64,000 nt of DNA from an uncultured Nitrososphaerota archaeon (GCA_963703285.1 OY969807.1:2080001-2144000); one strand, 5' to 3'. Positions 19,326 through 28,834 are shown, numbered from the stretch's first letter. The notes: a model not told the origin generated them from the sequence alone. A program made the numbers and translations.

Positions 19326-19781
19326 ATGAAGGTAAGCTCGATCGCTCGCAGTTCGGCCGTCATTGCCGTAGTCCTCGTGCTGGGCTTGGGCCTCTTCCTA
19401 TTCGCGAATCGCACGCAGCCCTATTCGGTCACGCCGACCACCACCTCGACGGTCCCTGTCGCTCCTTCGTCCACCAATGCCGCTGTGATGAGGTTCACGA
19501 GTCCGAACGCGAGTGTGCCGCTCGAGGTCGGCGAGGTCCTCACAATCTCGGGCTTCATCACGCCCGCGCCCTCTCTGCCTGACTACGTTGTCGTCCAGGC
19601 CGGAGAGTCAGACTCCACAACTGCCATTGACGGAGTCGCCGTCCCGTTGGCGCCGGATGGTTCGTTCTCCTACTCTATCGTAGTGAGCCCGCTGTGGGAC
19701 GCAGGCCAGTACCTCATAACGGTCACCGATTCCAGCGGAGTGACAGGAATCTCGAGCTTCTTCATCCTTCCTCAATCTTGA
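19326..19781 (+). CDS. Membrane-anchored secreted beta-rich protein
   Basis: N-terminal TM, Thr/Pro linker, DGSFSYS...GQYLITV Ig-like strand pattern. Confidence 0.6.
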   Translation: MKVSSIARSSAVIAVVLVLGLGLFLFANRTQPYSVTPTTTSTVPVAPSSTNAAVMRFTSPNASVPLEVGEVLTISGFITPAPSLPDYVVVQAGESDSTTAIDGVAVPLAPDGSFSYSIVVSPLWDAGQYLITVTDSSGVTGISSFFILPQS

Positions 19782-19798
19782 CGACAGCGTCGATGATT

Positions 19799-19983
19799 CG
19801 CGCCACGGCCGCAGAGAGCTACCTGAACGGCCAGCGGCTCAACGCGGGCCTGATTTCGAAGGCAGCGTGAAAAGCCCTCTCTGGCGCGACGCCACTCACA
19901 TCGGGGACGGGTAACGCGTTCCGCGTCTTCCTGGCCCAGAGAGCAGCTCGAACGCACTCACGAACCTGACCAACACTTCATAA
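19799..19983 (+). pseudogene. Remnant of the 3' end of a paoB-like gene (copy 2)
   Basis: 19799-19830 is identical over 32 bp to 17923-17954; the rest is similar but has an in-frame TGA and indels. Confidence 0.85.
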
Positions 19984-20006
19984 AGCACGAATCAAGACAG
20001 TCGCAC

Positions 20007-20252
20007 ATGGGCTCAACCAGCGCAACGGAGCGTCCCCCACCAGAGGAGCTAACCCTCGCCGAGATGTCCGCGAGGTACAATGACCGATGGGTCGCCATCG
20101 AGGTCACCGAGAGGGACGAGAACCTGCAGCCGGTGAAGGGGCGCGTCCTGGCAGACGACGTCGACCGTTACAACCTGAGGCAGAAGACCACCAAGTACAG
20201 CGAGGTGTGCATCTTCTACACCGGCGACCCACCTTATCGTCTCCTGCTGTGA
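20007..20252 (+). CDS. DUF5678-like small protein, copy 2
   Basis: 81 aa paralog of 18132..18377 (WVAIEVTERDENLQPVKGRVLA; ends YRLLL). Confidence 0.8.
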   Translation: MGSTSATERPPPEELTLAEMSARYNDRWVAIEVTERDENLQPVKGRVLADDVDRYNLRQKTTKYSEVCIFYTGDPPYRLLL

Positions 20253-20687
20253 AGCAGACACAGACCTCGATCGTCAACCGACTCCAGAGGTTTACCCTGG
20301 GCCTTCGTTCGGCTCACCGGCCGGATGGGGTCGTGAGGGAGTATCAGGCCCTCGTCTCTCCGACATCGGAGTGCAGCGTGGTCCCCAAGGTCGACGAGTT
20401 CCGCCTGGGCCTACCCCCGGAGGCGGTGATAGCCAGCAACGGAGTACTCTCTAAAGGCATGGTGTCCTTGTCAGTTACACTCGTTCGGACGAGGGGCTAG
20501 CTTAAAGATGGCTCGGATTGACATAAGCGGAATGACGTTCAGAGATGTAGAGTTCATGGCCTTTGACCTCCCACCGTCCGCCGCTCATGACGTCGTCCCC
20601 GGACCGACCCTACTGAAGCATCTCCAAACCCACTTGGGCCTCACATCGCGCTCCACTAGGCTTCAGGAGGCTTGCGCCCCTCAATGA
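20249..20687 (+). pseudogene. Retropepsin-fold protein A, copy 2 (frameshifted)
   Basis: VREYQALVSPTSECSVVPKVD in one frame ending in TAG at 20500; the homologous C-terminal half (RIDISGMTFRDVEFMAFDLP) continues in another frame. Confidence 0.75.
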
Positions 20688-21181
20688 AGTTTGAGCTTAG
20701 GGAGCCGATGACGGTCTTCGCCAAATTGAAGGGACCGAAGGGAGCGGTGCGGGAACTCAGAGCCCTGATGGACTTCAACACCTCCTTCTGCCAGATGTTC
20801 ACGAAGGACGCCTTGCAACTGGGGTTCACCGAAGGGGTTCTGCGCCCGCGCGATTGGCAGAGGATTCACCCAACGCAGGTGCCCTACATCTTCGGCTTCC
20901 GAGGTATAGAAAGGGGCATCCTGATGAAGATGCCAGAGATTTCCGTCGGGAGACTCACTGCAAGGGACGTCGACGCGATGGTCACTGACCTCGACCTGCC
21001 GAGGTTGCTCCCCGTCGAGCTGATTCTTGGCCGTTCGTTCTTGGACAACTTCAGGCTGACGGTGGACGGTCCAGAGGGAACCATCTCACTGGACGCTGGC
21101 AAATCGGCAAGCGGCGCCGTTCGGAAGCGCACTCCGCCCAAGTCGGCCATTCAGGGTCGACCCAAGACAGCAGCCCCCTGA
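20684..21181 (+). CDS. Retropepsin-fold protein B, copy 2 (DFN instead of DTG)
   Basis: FAKLKGPKG, ALMDFNTSF, LRPRDWQRIHP, LILGRSFLDNF; clear paralog of 18805..19248. Confidence 0.8.
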   Translation: MKFELREPMTVFAKLKGPKGAVRELRALMDFNTSFCQMFTKDALQLGFTEGVLRPRDWQRIHPTQVPYIFGFRGIERGILMKMPEISVGRLTARDVDAMVTDLDLPRLLPVELILGRSFLDNFRLTVDGPEGTISLDAGKSASGAVRKRTPPKSAIQGRPKTAAP

Positions 21182-21339
21182 GGTAGAGAGGAAGAGCCAT
21201 CCCTGGGTGGCAATGGTCGGCCGGGCGCCCAGGGTCAATAGGTTACCTCGTAGGACTTCGAACGCTTGCGAACTGATAAGAGAAAGTCGATAACAATAGC
21301 CGCGCTCAGTTGAGTACGTCAAAACCGTTAGCGATTCCA

Positions 21340-21421
21340 ACGGGCACCGGCAACGCGTTCCGCGGCTACATAGCCCAGGAGCGGTGAAGAACGCGCTGCG
21401 AGGCCTCCCAACAGTTCATAA
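21340..21421 (+). pseudogene. Remnant of the 3' end of a paoB-like gene (copy 3)
   Basis: ACGGGCACCGGCAACGCGTTCCGC...TACATAGCCCAG...AGTTCATAAGG aligns with about 18025-18110. Confidence 0.75.
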
Positions 21422-21444
21422 GGCGAGCCTTCCCGGTCGACGGC

Positions 21445-21690
21445 ATGAGCCAGACAGGCGCTGCGGAGAGCGCCAAGCCAGAGGAGGAGACGCTCTCCCA
21501 GATTTCCGAGAGGCACAAGGACAGATGGGTGGCGATCGAGGTCACGGAGAGGGACGCGAACCTGCAGCCAGTAAAGGGGCGCGTCGTGGCCGAGGATGTC
21601 GACCGGTACAGGCTCAGGGAGAAGATAGCGAAGTACGCCGACATCTGCATCTTCTACGCTGGCGAGTCGCCATATCGTTTGCTCCTGTGA
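21445..21690 (+). CDS. DUF5678-like small protein, copy 3
   Basis: 81 aa paralog (WVAIEVTERDANLQPVKGRVVA; ends YRLLL). Confidence 0.8.
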   Translation: MSQTGAAESAKPEEETLSQISERHKDRWVAIEVTERDANLQPVKGRVVAEDVDRYRLREKIAKYADICIFYAGESPYRLLL

Positions 21691-21821
21691 CCGCGCCCTC
21701 TCCGCTATACGAGCAGGCATTCGGGAGGCCAGCGCAGTCTTCAGCCCACTACTCTAGAGAAATCACTTTCGGCGACCTCCCCCAAGACTCGATTAGTTTC
21801 AGTCCCCTATGTTCATTATAG
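21687..21821 (+). pseudogene. Retropepsin-fold protein A, copy 3 (internally deleted remnant)
   Basis: VTAPSPLYEQAFGRP matches the copy 1 start (MTGAATLEHAFGKLP); EITFGDLPQ resembles VEFLVIDLPQ. Confidence 0.55.
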
Positions 21822-21968
21822 CCTTGCAGCTGCGCTCTTGGTGTATGACCGAGAAGAAGAACGGCCCTGAACGGAAGCTCAAGCCCGAAGACTACGAGAT
21901 TTACCACGACTCCATTAGGCGTAACCCACTTCCTGCCGCCGAAGAGATGCAAGACGTGTGAGGACTGA

Positions 21969-22211
21969 ATGAACAGCGTAATCCTCGAGTGCCCTAGATG
22001 CCTCAAGATGTTCATGGTCTCCACGTCCAGGGCGATCCAGGTGGGCGAGCGGACTTGGGGCACGAGGTGCAAGTGCGGTCACATCATCGAGTTCAGCTTC
22101 GACTACATGGACCCTATCGAGATTTGGGCGCAGCCGACCGTTGCGAACAGGATGAGGAAGATTGAAGGACACCCGGTGAGGGTGCAGGGGCTGACGTACA
22201 CGAAGGGCTGA
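21969..22211 (+). CDS. Small zinc-ribbon protein
   Basis: CPRC...CKCGH; GAGG upstream. Confidence 0.6.
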   Translation: MNSVILECPRCLKMFMVSTSRAIQVGERTWGTRCKCGHIIEFSFDYMDPIEIWAQPTVANRMRKIEGHPVRVQGLTYTKG

Positions 22212-22282
22212 AATCGGGAGGGCTTGGTCTTCTCTGTGCCCGGTGGTGGAACCCTTATAGAGAACTACGTCCACTTTGAATC

Positions 22283-22789
22283 ATGGCAGGAAGACCGACC
22301 TCCAGCCATTACCCCATACGTTCCCCGAAAATCTCTAGGGTGGACAAAGCGATACTGAAGGTGCTCCTCGAACCGGATGGGAACCTGTCGACCCAGGCCC
22401 TGGCCGAGAAGCTCGGGGTCCCGCTGTCCACCATCCACCGCAGGCGAAAGCACCTCGAGAACATGTACCTCGACATCACCTACTCTCTGAGGCTGAGGAA
22501 CCTAGGGTTCAGGCGGATAGACTTCTTCCTCTTTACGGGAGGAGGCAACACCGCGGACATAGGGCACGAGCTCCTGAAGCACAAGGAGGTCGTCTCCGTC
22601 GGCAGGTCCGTGGGGGAGCACACCATAGACCTCAGGGCGGAGGCGATCATAAAGGACAGCGCCCAGCTGCTCGACCTTCTCGAGGCTATGAAGGCCATGC
22701 CGAACGTGAGAGACGTCATCTGGAGCGAGATAGTGGACGTCATAGGCAAGAAGAGGTCGATCCCGTCCGAAGTCATCGACTCGCTCTAG
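22283..22789 (+). CDS. Lrp/AsnC family transcriptional regulator
   Basis: DKAILKVL...LAEKLGVPLSTIHRRRKHLE HTH plus RAM-like C-terminal domain; CTTATAG TATA upstream. Confidence 0.88.
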   Translation: MAGRPTSSHYPIRSPKISRVDKAILKVLLEPDGNLSTQALAEKLGVPLSTIHRRRKHLENMYLDITYSLRLRNLGFRRIDFFLFTGGGNTADIGHELLKHKEVVSVGRSVGEHTIDLRAEAIIKDSAQLLDLLEAMKAMPNVRDVIWSEIVDVIGKKRSIPSEVIDSL

Positions 22790-23042
22790 GGCCCGACACG
22801 AACTCTATGCTCTAAAACCAACCAAAAATGGGCTGTAATCCCGTCATCTCTCCATTTGGTATTTATAGTCGTTTAGGGCACAAAATCGAGGATTCCTTCC
22901 CTTATCATTCCTCTTTTCGAAACGAGGCCTTTTGTACGTCCGCCGGCTAATGCAAAAGCGTTACAATCTGAGCTTCGGCGTTGCGCCTCGGCCCAACATC
23001 GCGGGGAGGACTGGGAGGAAGACAGCTAGTGTGCTAGCGGCG

Positions 23043-23417
23043 ATGGCGGAACAGACCGGGGATGACACGAGGAGGACGAGGATTCACCTGGACGGGTCCA
23101 CCTCCAACAGCATAGTCGCCGCCCTCTCGCACGAGGTCTCCCGCAGGATACTCGTATCGACCGTGCTCAAGGCCAGGACCGTGCAGGACATCAGCAGCGA
23201 GCAGGCCATCCCCCTCAGCACCTGCTACAGGGTGTCGAACGAGCTGCTCGCCCAGGGGCTGCTCGTGGTCGAGAGGGTCTTTGTCACGGAAGGAGGCAAG
23301 AGGTACTGCGTCTACAGGAGCGCCTTCAAGACCATTGAAATCATTTCGAACTTCCATGGGGTGTACATCTCTGCGGAACTGAACGATGACGTGCTGGAGA
23401 AGGTCCGTTTCAGGTAG
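23043..23417 (+). CDS. Winged-helix (ArsR-like) regulator
   Basis: ALSHEVSRRIL...IPLSTCYRVSNELLAQGLL...GKRYCVYRS. Confidence 0.8.
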   Translation: MAEQTGDDTRRTRIHLDGSTSNSIVAALSHEVSRRILVSTVLKARTVQDISSEQAIPLSTCYRVSNELLAQGLLVVERVFVTEGGKRYCVYRSAFKTIEIISNFHGVYISAELNDDVLEKVRFR

Positions 23418-23452
23418 TTCTAACCCCAACCAAGAGGCGTCGCAGTCAGCGA

Positions 23453-24286
23453 TTAGGTCGTAGCCGCCGCAGCCTCGAACCTGGTCGAGAGCCATGGCAT
23501 CGCCTCGGTTATGAAACTCGGCCCGTGGTGTGCCAGGAAGTCGAGCGGCCCCGGTGTCAGGAAGTACCGGCCACCCTTCATCGCCCCCAACCCCTTCCAT
23601 CCCCTCTTGTCTATCAGCCTCTCAAGGTCCGCAGCGTCGAACTTCGAGTACATCTTCGCCTCGTAGATGAAGACATCGGGCTCGCTGGCGGCTACCTTCG
23701 CCAGGTCCGGCGTCAACCACTCCGAACGGACGTCATCGAAGAGCGTTGAGACCCCAACGAGGTGGAGGGCGTCCGTGATGTAGCTGTACGCACCGAAGCT
23801 GACCGGTCCGCCAAGGTCTATCTCGACGTAGGCGCGCAGCCTCTTGGCAACTGGCGTTAACCCAGCCGCCTCTCTCAGGAGACGGGCGGACAGTCGACGC
23901 GCCTCCGACGCCTCCCCGACGACCAGGCCGACCTTGACGACCATATCGATTATTCCCGAGACGGAGACCGGGAGGGTGATGGGGTAGACCGGAAGGTCGG
24001 AGGAGAGGCGGAGCGCCAGGTCCCTCTGGTAGCCCGTGATTGTGAGGACGAGGTCGGGTCTCATCTCCTTCAGCAGGTCGAGGTTGGTGGTGCTGTAGCT
24101 CCCCACTTTTCGCCGTGCCCTGGCCTCCTGGGGCCTAGCGCAGAAGGCGCTCACCCCGATGACCCGCTCCCCCAGGCCCATCAGGAACAGCGTCTCGGTT
24201 ACCGCAGGGCTCAGGCTCACTATCCTCTCGGGACGATCTGGCGCCACGACCTCCTTACCGAGCACCTCGTTGTAGATGGTCACCAT
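23453..24286 (-). CDS. BtuF-like cobalamin/Fe-chelate binding protein without signal peptide
   Basis: PERIVSLSPAVTETLFLMGLGERVIGVS...PDLVL; likely start MVTIYNE. Confidence 0.85.
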   Translation of the reverse strand: MVTIYNEVLGKEVVAPDRPERIVSLSPAVTETLFLMGLGERVIGVSAFCARPQEARARRKVGSYSTTNLDLLKEMRPDLVLTITGYQRDLALRLSSDLPVYPITLPVSVSGIIDMVVKVGLVVGEASEARRLSARLLREAAGLTPVAKRLRAYVEIDLGGPVSFGAYSYITDALHLVGVSTLFDDVRSEWLTPDLAKVAASEPDVFIYEAKMYSKFDAADLERLIDKRGWKGLGAMKGGRYFLTPGPLDFLAHHGPSFITEAMPWLSTRFEAAAATT

Positions 24287-24430
24287 CTTTCGTCGGTCCC
24301 CCTCATCCGAGAGATGTGCTCGTCGCCGTGCTCGGGAGAAGGTCCGTCGACCGGTCCGTGATTGCGCACATCCCAGACGTCGTTGTAACAAACGTTAAAT
24401 AAACAACGCAGCCTCACCGGGACAATCACC

Positions 24431-25192
24431 TTGGAGTCCAGGGTCGTCGAGCGCAGCGCCTCCTCTGGAGCGTCAGAGGCGTCCGCCGCAGCCGAAGCGT
24501 CGAAGAAGGTGGTCGTGAAGCGCTACGTGAAGTACACCTTCTTCAAGGTCGCCAGAGAATGGAGACTGCTCTCCAACGAGGAGAGGGACTCCCTGAAGCA
24601 GGGATTCCTGCGCGTCATCAGCACCCGGCCGCCCGAGGCCAAGCTGAGCTTCTTCTCCCTTGTGGGGATAAGGGGCGACTCCGACTTCATGATCCTTGCA
24701 GACTCCGAGTCCATAGAGCCGTTCCAGTCGCTCGTCTCTGCGCTCCTCGCCACCTCGCTCGGCAAGTACCTCGAGGTACCCTACTCCTACCTCGCGATGA
24801 CGAGGGAGTCGCCCTACCTCGGGACGCACAGGCACGAGGGTCAGGAGGGTTCCGAAGGCAGCTTCCAGTCGCGCTCCAAGTACCTCTTCGTCTATCCCTT
24901 CGTCAAGAAGAGGGAGTGGTACAGGCTACCCGTCGTAGAGAGACGTCGAATCATGGCGGACCACTTCAAGATAGGCCACAAGTACCCCTCGATCAAGATT
25001 CACACGGCATATTCCTTCGGTCTCGACGACCAGGAGTTCATGCTCGCGTTCGAGGGGGACGACCCCTCGGAGTTCCTCGCCTTGGTGGAGGAGCTGAGGA
25101 GCTCTGAAGCTAGCATGTACACGCAGCTCGAGACGCCGATCTTCACCTGCCTGCGCGCGACCCCGGACAGAATGCTGCAGTTGCTAGGCTAG
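24431..25192 (+). CDS. Chlorite dismutase-family protein / coproheme decarboxylase (ChdC/HemQ-like)
   Basis: YLFVYPFVKKREWYRL...MADHFKIG...YSFGLDDQEF. Confidence 0.88.
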   Translation: MESRVVERSASSGASEASAAAEASKKVVVKRYVKYTFFKVAREWRLLSNEERDSLKQGFLRVISTRPPEAKLSFFSLVGIRGDSDFMILADSESIEPFQSLVSALLATSLGKYLEVPYSYLAMTRESPYLGTHRHEGQEGSEGSFQSRSKYLFVYPFVKKREWYRLPVVERRRIMADHFKIGHKYPSIKIHTAYSFGLDDQEFMLAFEGDDPSEFLALVEELRSSEASMYTQLETPIFTCLRATPDRMLQLLG

Positions 25193-25201
25193 CTCGGGCC
25201 G

Positions 25202-25588
25202 CTACTTCCCTTCCTTGGGTTCGAACATTATCTTTACGTCTTTGACGCGCCGCAGGGTCCTCGACATCGACGGTCTGGGGTGGATGAGCGAGTACGTCTT
25301 CGCCGCCAGCTCTCCCATGGCCTCCGACTTTCTGATCCTGTCCAGGGACGCGTGATTTGGGAGCTCCCACAAATCGTAGCAATCGTAGTCTCCCTCCTCG
25401 TTAGAGGAAGGGATGACGGTCATGTAAGTCTCGAGGTACTTGATGCCTGTCTCTTCCTTCATTCGTTCGCAGATTTTCCTGAACTCCTTGGATCCGATGA
25501 ACTTCCGGTACGCGCCGACCTTGCCTTCCCTGATGTTGTATCCTAGAAGCCAGATCAGAGGCAACGGAGCGTGTAAAGGCGTCCGCAC
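25202..25588 (-). CDS. Hypothetical protein, possibly dimeric alpha+beta barrel
   Basis: YDCYDLWELPNHASLD pattern; adjacent to and co-oriented with the two RAM-domain genes. Confidence 0.6.
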   Translation of the reverse strand: MRTPLHAPLPLIWLLGYNIREGKVGAYRKFIGSKEFRKICERMKEETGIKYLETYMTVIPSSNEEGDYDCYDLWELPNHASLDRIRKSEAMGELAAKTYSLIHPRPSMSRTLRRVKDVKIMFEPKEGK

Positions 25589-26031
25589 TATTTATGCTTG
25601 CGCCGCGTTCTGGCGGTGAGCGGCTTCGCGCTGGGCTCTTCCTCGTGCTTTCCCTCCAGATACTCTTCAGCGCTCTCGAAGGCGTAGCCGCAGAGGTGAC
25701 AGTAGGCTGAACCCTGCCTGTTGAGGCCGTTGCAGCTGGGGCACTGGAACGATATGACGGAGTATGTCTCCGGAGGGGCCTCAGGCTTCTCTTCCGGAGG
25801 GTAGGGTATCGAGACGAGGCACTCGGTGTGCTCGACGTTCGGGTGCTTTTCGATGATGTCGTACATCGTCTTTGAGAGCTCTTCCATGTCCTTCGCCGAG
25901 ATCACCAGCACCGCATCGTATCTTCCGAAGACGCTGCTCGCCATCTGGACCCCCGGAATCTTCCTGGAGGCGATGATCTGATGGGATGTGCCCGGCTTCG
26001 TGCGCAGCAGCACGTAGGCTATCACGGCCAA
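25588..26031 (-). CDS. Lrp/AsnC ligand-binding (RAM) domain fused to a zinc ribbon
   Basis: AYVLLRTKPG...VFGRYDAV...VEHTE, then CPSC...CHLC. Confidence 0.8.
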   Translation of the reverse strand: MAVIAYVLLRTKPGTSHQIIASRKIPGVQMASSVFGRYDAVLVISAKDMEELSKTMYDIIEKHPNVEHTECLVSIPYPPEEKPEAPPETYSVISFQCPSCNGLNRQGSAYCHLCGYAFESAEEYLEGKHEEEPSAKPLTARTRRKHK

Positions 26032-26038
26032 CCTTGCA

Positions 26039-26284
26039 TCACGCCTTGTGCGAGAGTGCGAGTGCGGTCTCCGTGTGGATGACGTTGGGTACCTTCTCTA
26101 TTACCCTGTAGATCATGTCTCCCAGGCTCTCCATGTCGCGCGCCTCGACGGTGACGATGGCGTCGAACCTGCCGTATACGGAATCGACCTGCGTCACCCC
26201 CTTGACCTTGGTTATCTTGTTCAGATATCCCAGCACCTCCTCGGAGGTACCCGGCTTCGTTACGAGGAAGACGTAAGCTCTCAT
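26039..26284 (-). CDS. Stand-alone Lrp/AsnC ligand-binding (RAM) domain
   Basis: MRAYVFLVTKPG...VYGRFDAIV...VIHTET. Confidence 0.85.
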   Translation of the reverse strand: MRAYVFLVTKPGTSEEVLGYLNKITKVKGVTQVDSVYGRFDAIVTVEARDMESLGDMIYRVIEKVPNVIHTETALALSHKA

Positions 26285-26462
26285 GTCACCGTCATGCTTC
26301 TCCCGGCCTCTTATAATCATTGGAAGGGACCCGCCGGGCTCGGCGCCGACGCTCACAGGCAGGGAACACTAGATCGAATCTGTTCCTGTTCGCGCTCCTC
26401 TTCAGCCTCCTCTTAACCATCTAGAATACCGCCGAGCAAGCAAGCGGCGTCCCCCGAACCGG

Positions 26463-27137
26463 TCATGCGGTCGCGTCGCGTCCGTCCGACCCAGATGTCC
26501 CGAGGGTCTCGATTGACGCGATCCTTTCGAGGCTCTCGATCCTCCCTCGTATCGCAGGTTGGGCTCTTGCGCTCGCCTTCGCAGGCGCTCCCCTCCTGCT
26601 CCTGGGCCCGCCCATCGACTCGCCTATGCGGATTGCCTCTATCAGTTCTCGCCCCTGTATGAATGAGGCGGCGAGAGCGTCGCACCTCATTTCCTGCTCC
26701 TGAAAGGGCTCCGCGTTCAGCCTGAAGGCGAGGAAGAGCGACCCGAGGAGCCCGACCAGGGTGACGCACTCCGCGAGCAACAGGGATCCAGTCAGGAGGA
26801 GAGCCACGACGGAGATTGCGGCGGAGACCGCCAAGGACGGGACCACGAGTCTCTTCCTCGCGTACTATCCGTCCTTCCCGAGGATGTGTGCGAACTCGTG
26901 CGCTCCGGCCGCGAGCCTCTGGCTCTCTGTTAGGCGTTCGTAGTATCGGGCCCCGAAGAGGACTTTGTTCCCGAGACTCACGGCGGGGACGCGTGCCCTC
27001 GTCATGTAGTACCTCTCCCTCGGATCGCGACTCAGCAAGTGCAGAGCGTTCATCCGCCCTGCCAGCGTGTCCAGTCCCGGGGACTCGAAGGGCTTCGCGC
27101 CAAAGAACAGCCTCAGGTAAAGGGAACCGGTGTCCAT
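26463..27137 (-). pseudogene. M48/HtpX-like zinc metalloprotease interrupted by an in-frame TAG
   Basis: HEFAH, then TAG at 26865-26867; the same frame continues YARKRLVV-TM-TM-QEMRCDALA...PAIRGRI. Confidence 0.7.
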
Positions 27138-27356
27138 CCGGCTTCCCTCAGGAGAGCGGCTTCCGGAGGCCTGCGCGACCTGGTCGACCGGCGGATGGGC
27201 TCATGGACCTGTTTTGACCGACCCCCTAGTTGAAACTTATGAAAGCCGATTCCATTCTCTACCCCTGCTTTTGTCCAAGCGCCCGGGATGCGCTCTCCCC
27301 GGTTCCTCCTCGCCCGCCGAAAAGGTTGAAAGGCCGCAGCAGGACGCGCCGCCGGC

Positions 27357-28247
27357 ATGGTAGCAGCCGACCCGGCCCTCCTGGAGGTCGCGAGGGAGGG
27401 TGTCGACGACGAGCTCACGGACTACACCCTGTACACCACACTAGCGAAGACCCTCAAGAACGAGGTCTTCGTCAGCGCCTTCGCGAAGCTCGCTTCGATG
27501 GAGCAGAGACACCTCGAATTCTGGCAGAAGTTCGTCCCCGACCACCGCGCGCGGCTGAACTCGTCCCTAATCCGCAGAGCCCTCTTCTTCAGGCGCATCT
27601 TCGGCCTCACCTTCGCGATCCGCTACCTCGAGAGGCACGAGATTAACTCCATAAAGAAGTACAAGTCCGTCGCCCACCTGGTACCCCCGGAGGACAAGGC
27701 GGCCTTCGACGAGGTCCTCGCGGACGAGGAGGAGCACGAGAGCGGACTGAGCGCCGATGTCGAGAGTTCCACGGTCCGATACATCTCTTTCGTCGTCCTC
27801 GGCCTCGCGGATGCGCTCGTCGAGATATCGGGCATCCACGCAGGGTCGCTCGGGATATACAACAGGACTGAGATAGCGGGCCTCGCTGGAATCATAGCCG
27901 GCGCCGCCGCGTCACTTGCGATGGCCTCGGCCGCCTACGCCCAGGCCAAGCAGGGCTTCAAGGGTTCGGCGAGTGCCTCGGCGGCGTACACGGGCGTCTC
28001 CTACTTCATCACCGCCGTGATCCTCGCGACCCCATACTTCCTGACGAAGAGCCAGGTGGAGGCCCTTGGAATATCGCTTACCCTAGCGGTGCTGATAGTC
28101 ACGTTCGCCTCCTACTACGGCTCGGTGATATCGATGAAGCCCTTCAGGAGGGACTACCTCGAGCTCCTGGGGATACTCCTCTCCGTGACCCTCGCGCTCT
28201 ACCTGTTCGGGTACTTCATCAGGATAGAGACCGGGATAACCGTCTGA
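27357..28247 (+). CDS. Rubrerythrin/ferritin-like plus VIT1/CCC1 fusion (MbfA-like)
   Basis: ExxH motifs (MEQRH, DEEEH), then VLGLADALVE and TM helices. Confidence 0.88.
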   Translation: MVAADPALLEVAREGVDDELTDYTLYTTLAKTLKNEVFVSAFAKLASMEQRHLEFWQKFVPDHRARLNSSLIRRALFFRRIFGLTFAIRYLERHEINSIKKYKSVAHLVPPEDKAAFDEVLADEEEHESGLSADVESSTVRYISFVVLGLADALVEISGIHAGSLGIYNRTEIAGLAGIIAGAAASLAMASAAYAQAKQGFKGSASASAAYTGVSYFITAVILATPYFLTKSQVEALGISLTLAVLIVTFASYYGSVISMKPFRRDYLELLGILLSVTLALYLFGYFIRIETGITV

Positions 28248-28255
28248 GGCGGAGA

Positions 28256-28666
28256 CTAGGGGGACGGGGATGTCACCGGCACGCCTGCGAGCCTCTCCAG
28301 CGCGTGCCGCGTGCCCGACCTGAAGTGCGACGCGTTCCAGGGACCGAGGACCCTGAAAGCGCCCCTGAAGTCGACGTTCCACTCGGCCTCGACATCTTGG
28401 TCCGTCACCACAACGGTCTGCCTGCCCCTGATGGGTCCGCCCACGTACTCGATGGTAAGCGTCCTCCCCTTCTCGTCCATCGTCACCTCCGCCCTCCCCT
28501 TGCCTCCGAAGGCGAAGATCACGTCCGCCACGGTCTTGTCACCCTCCTGCCTGACCCTGAACTCCCTCGTCCCGTGCCAGTAGGTCGGGATGGCTCCGAG
28601 GTCTGATACCCTCGCCCAGACTGCGGCGGGGTCGCCCCCGATTTCGCGGCGCTCGGCGAATCGCAT
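28256..28666 (-). CDS. SRPBCC/START-fold protein
   Basis: GDPAAVWARVSDLGAIPTYW. Confidence 0.8.
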   Translation of the reverse strand: MRFAERREIGGDPAAVWARVSDLGAIPTYWHGTREFRVRQEGDKTVADVIFAFGGKGRAEVTMDEKGRTLTIEYVGGPIRGRQTVVVTDQDVEAEWNVDFRGAFRVLGPWNASHFRSGTRHALERLAGVPVTSPSP

Positions 28667-28834
28667 GCTGGCAGGACCAGCGGCCCCAGTTTTATCGCTT
28701 CGGTCCAGGTTCGGACCTCACAGAACCCGAACGTCGCTTCGGAGGTCAGGCCCAGAAGGCCCGTCGGGACCGGGCCGCCGAGAGGGTTCAGCTCCATGCG
28801 AGCGGTCTTCCAACGCACCCGTCGCGGATGGTTT

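Noticed and set aside
17923-21821. Repeats as a CRISPR array or DGR template/variable pair
   Set aside because: Units are gene-sized, differences are not adenine-specific, and no cas or reverse transcriptase gene is present.
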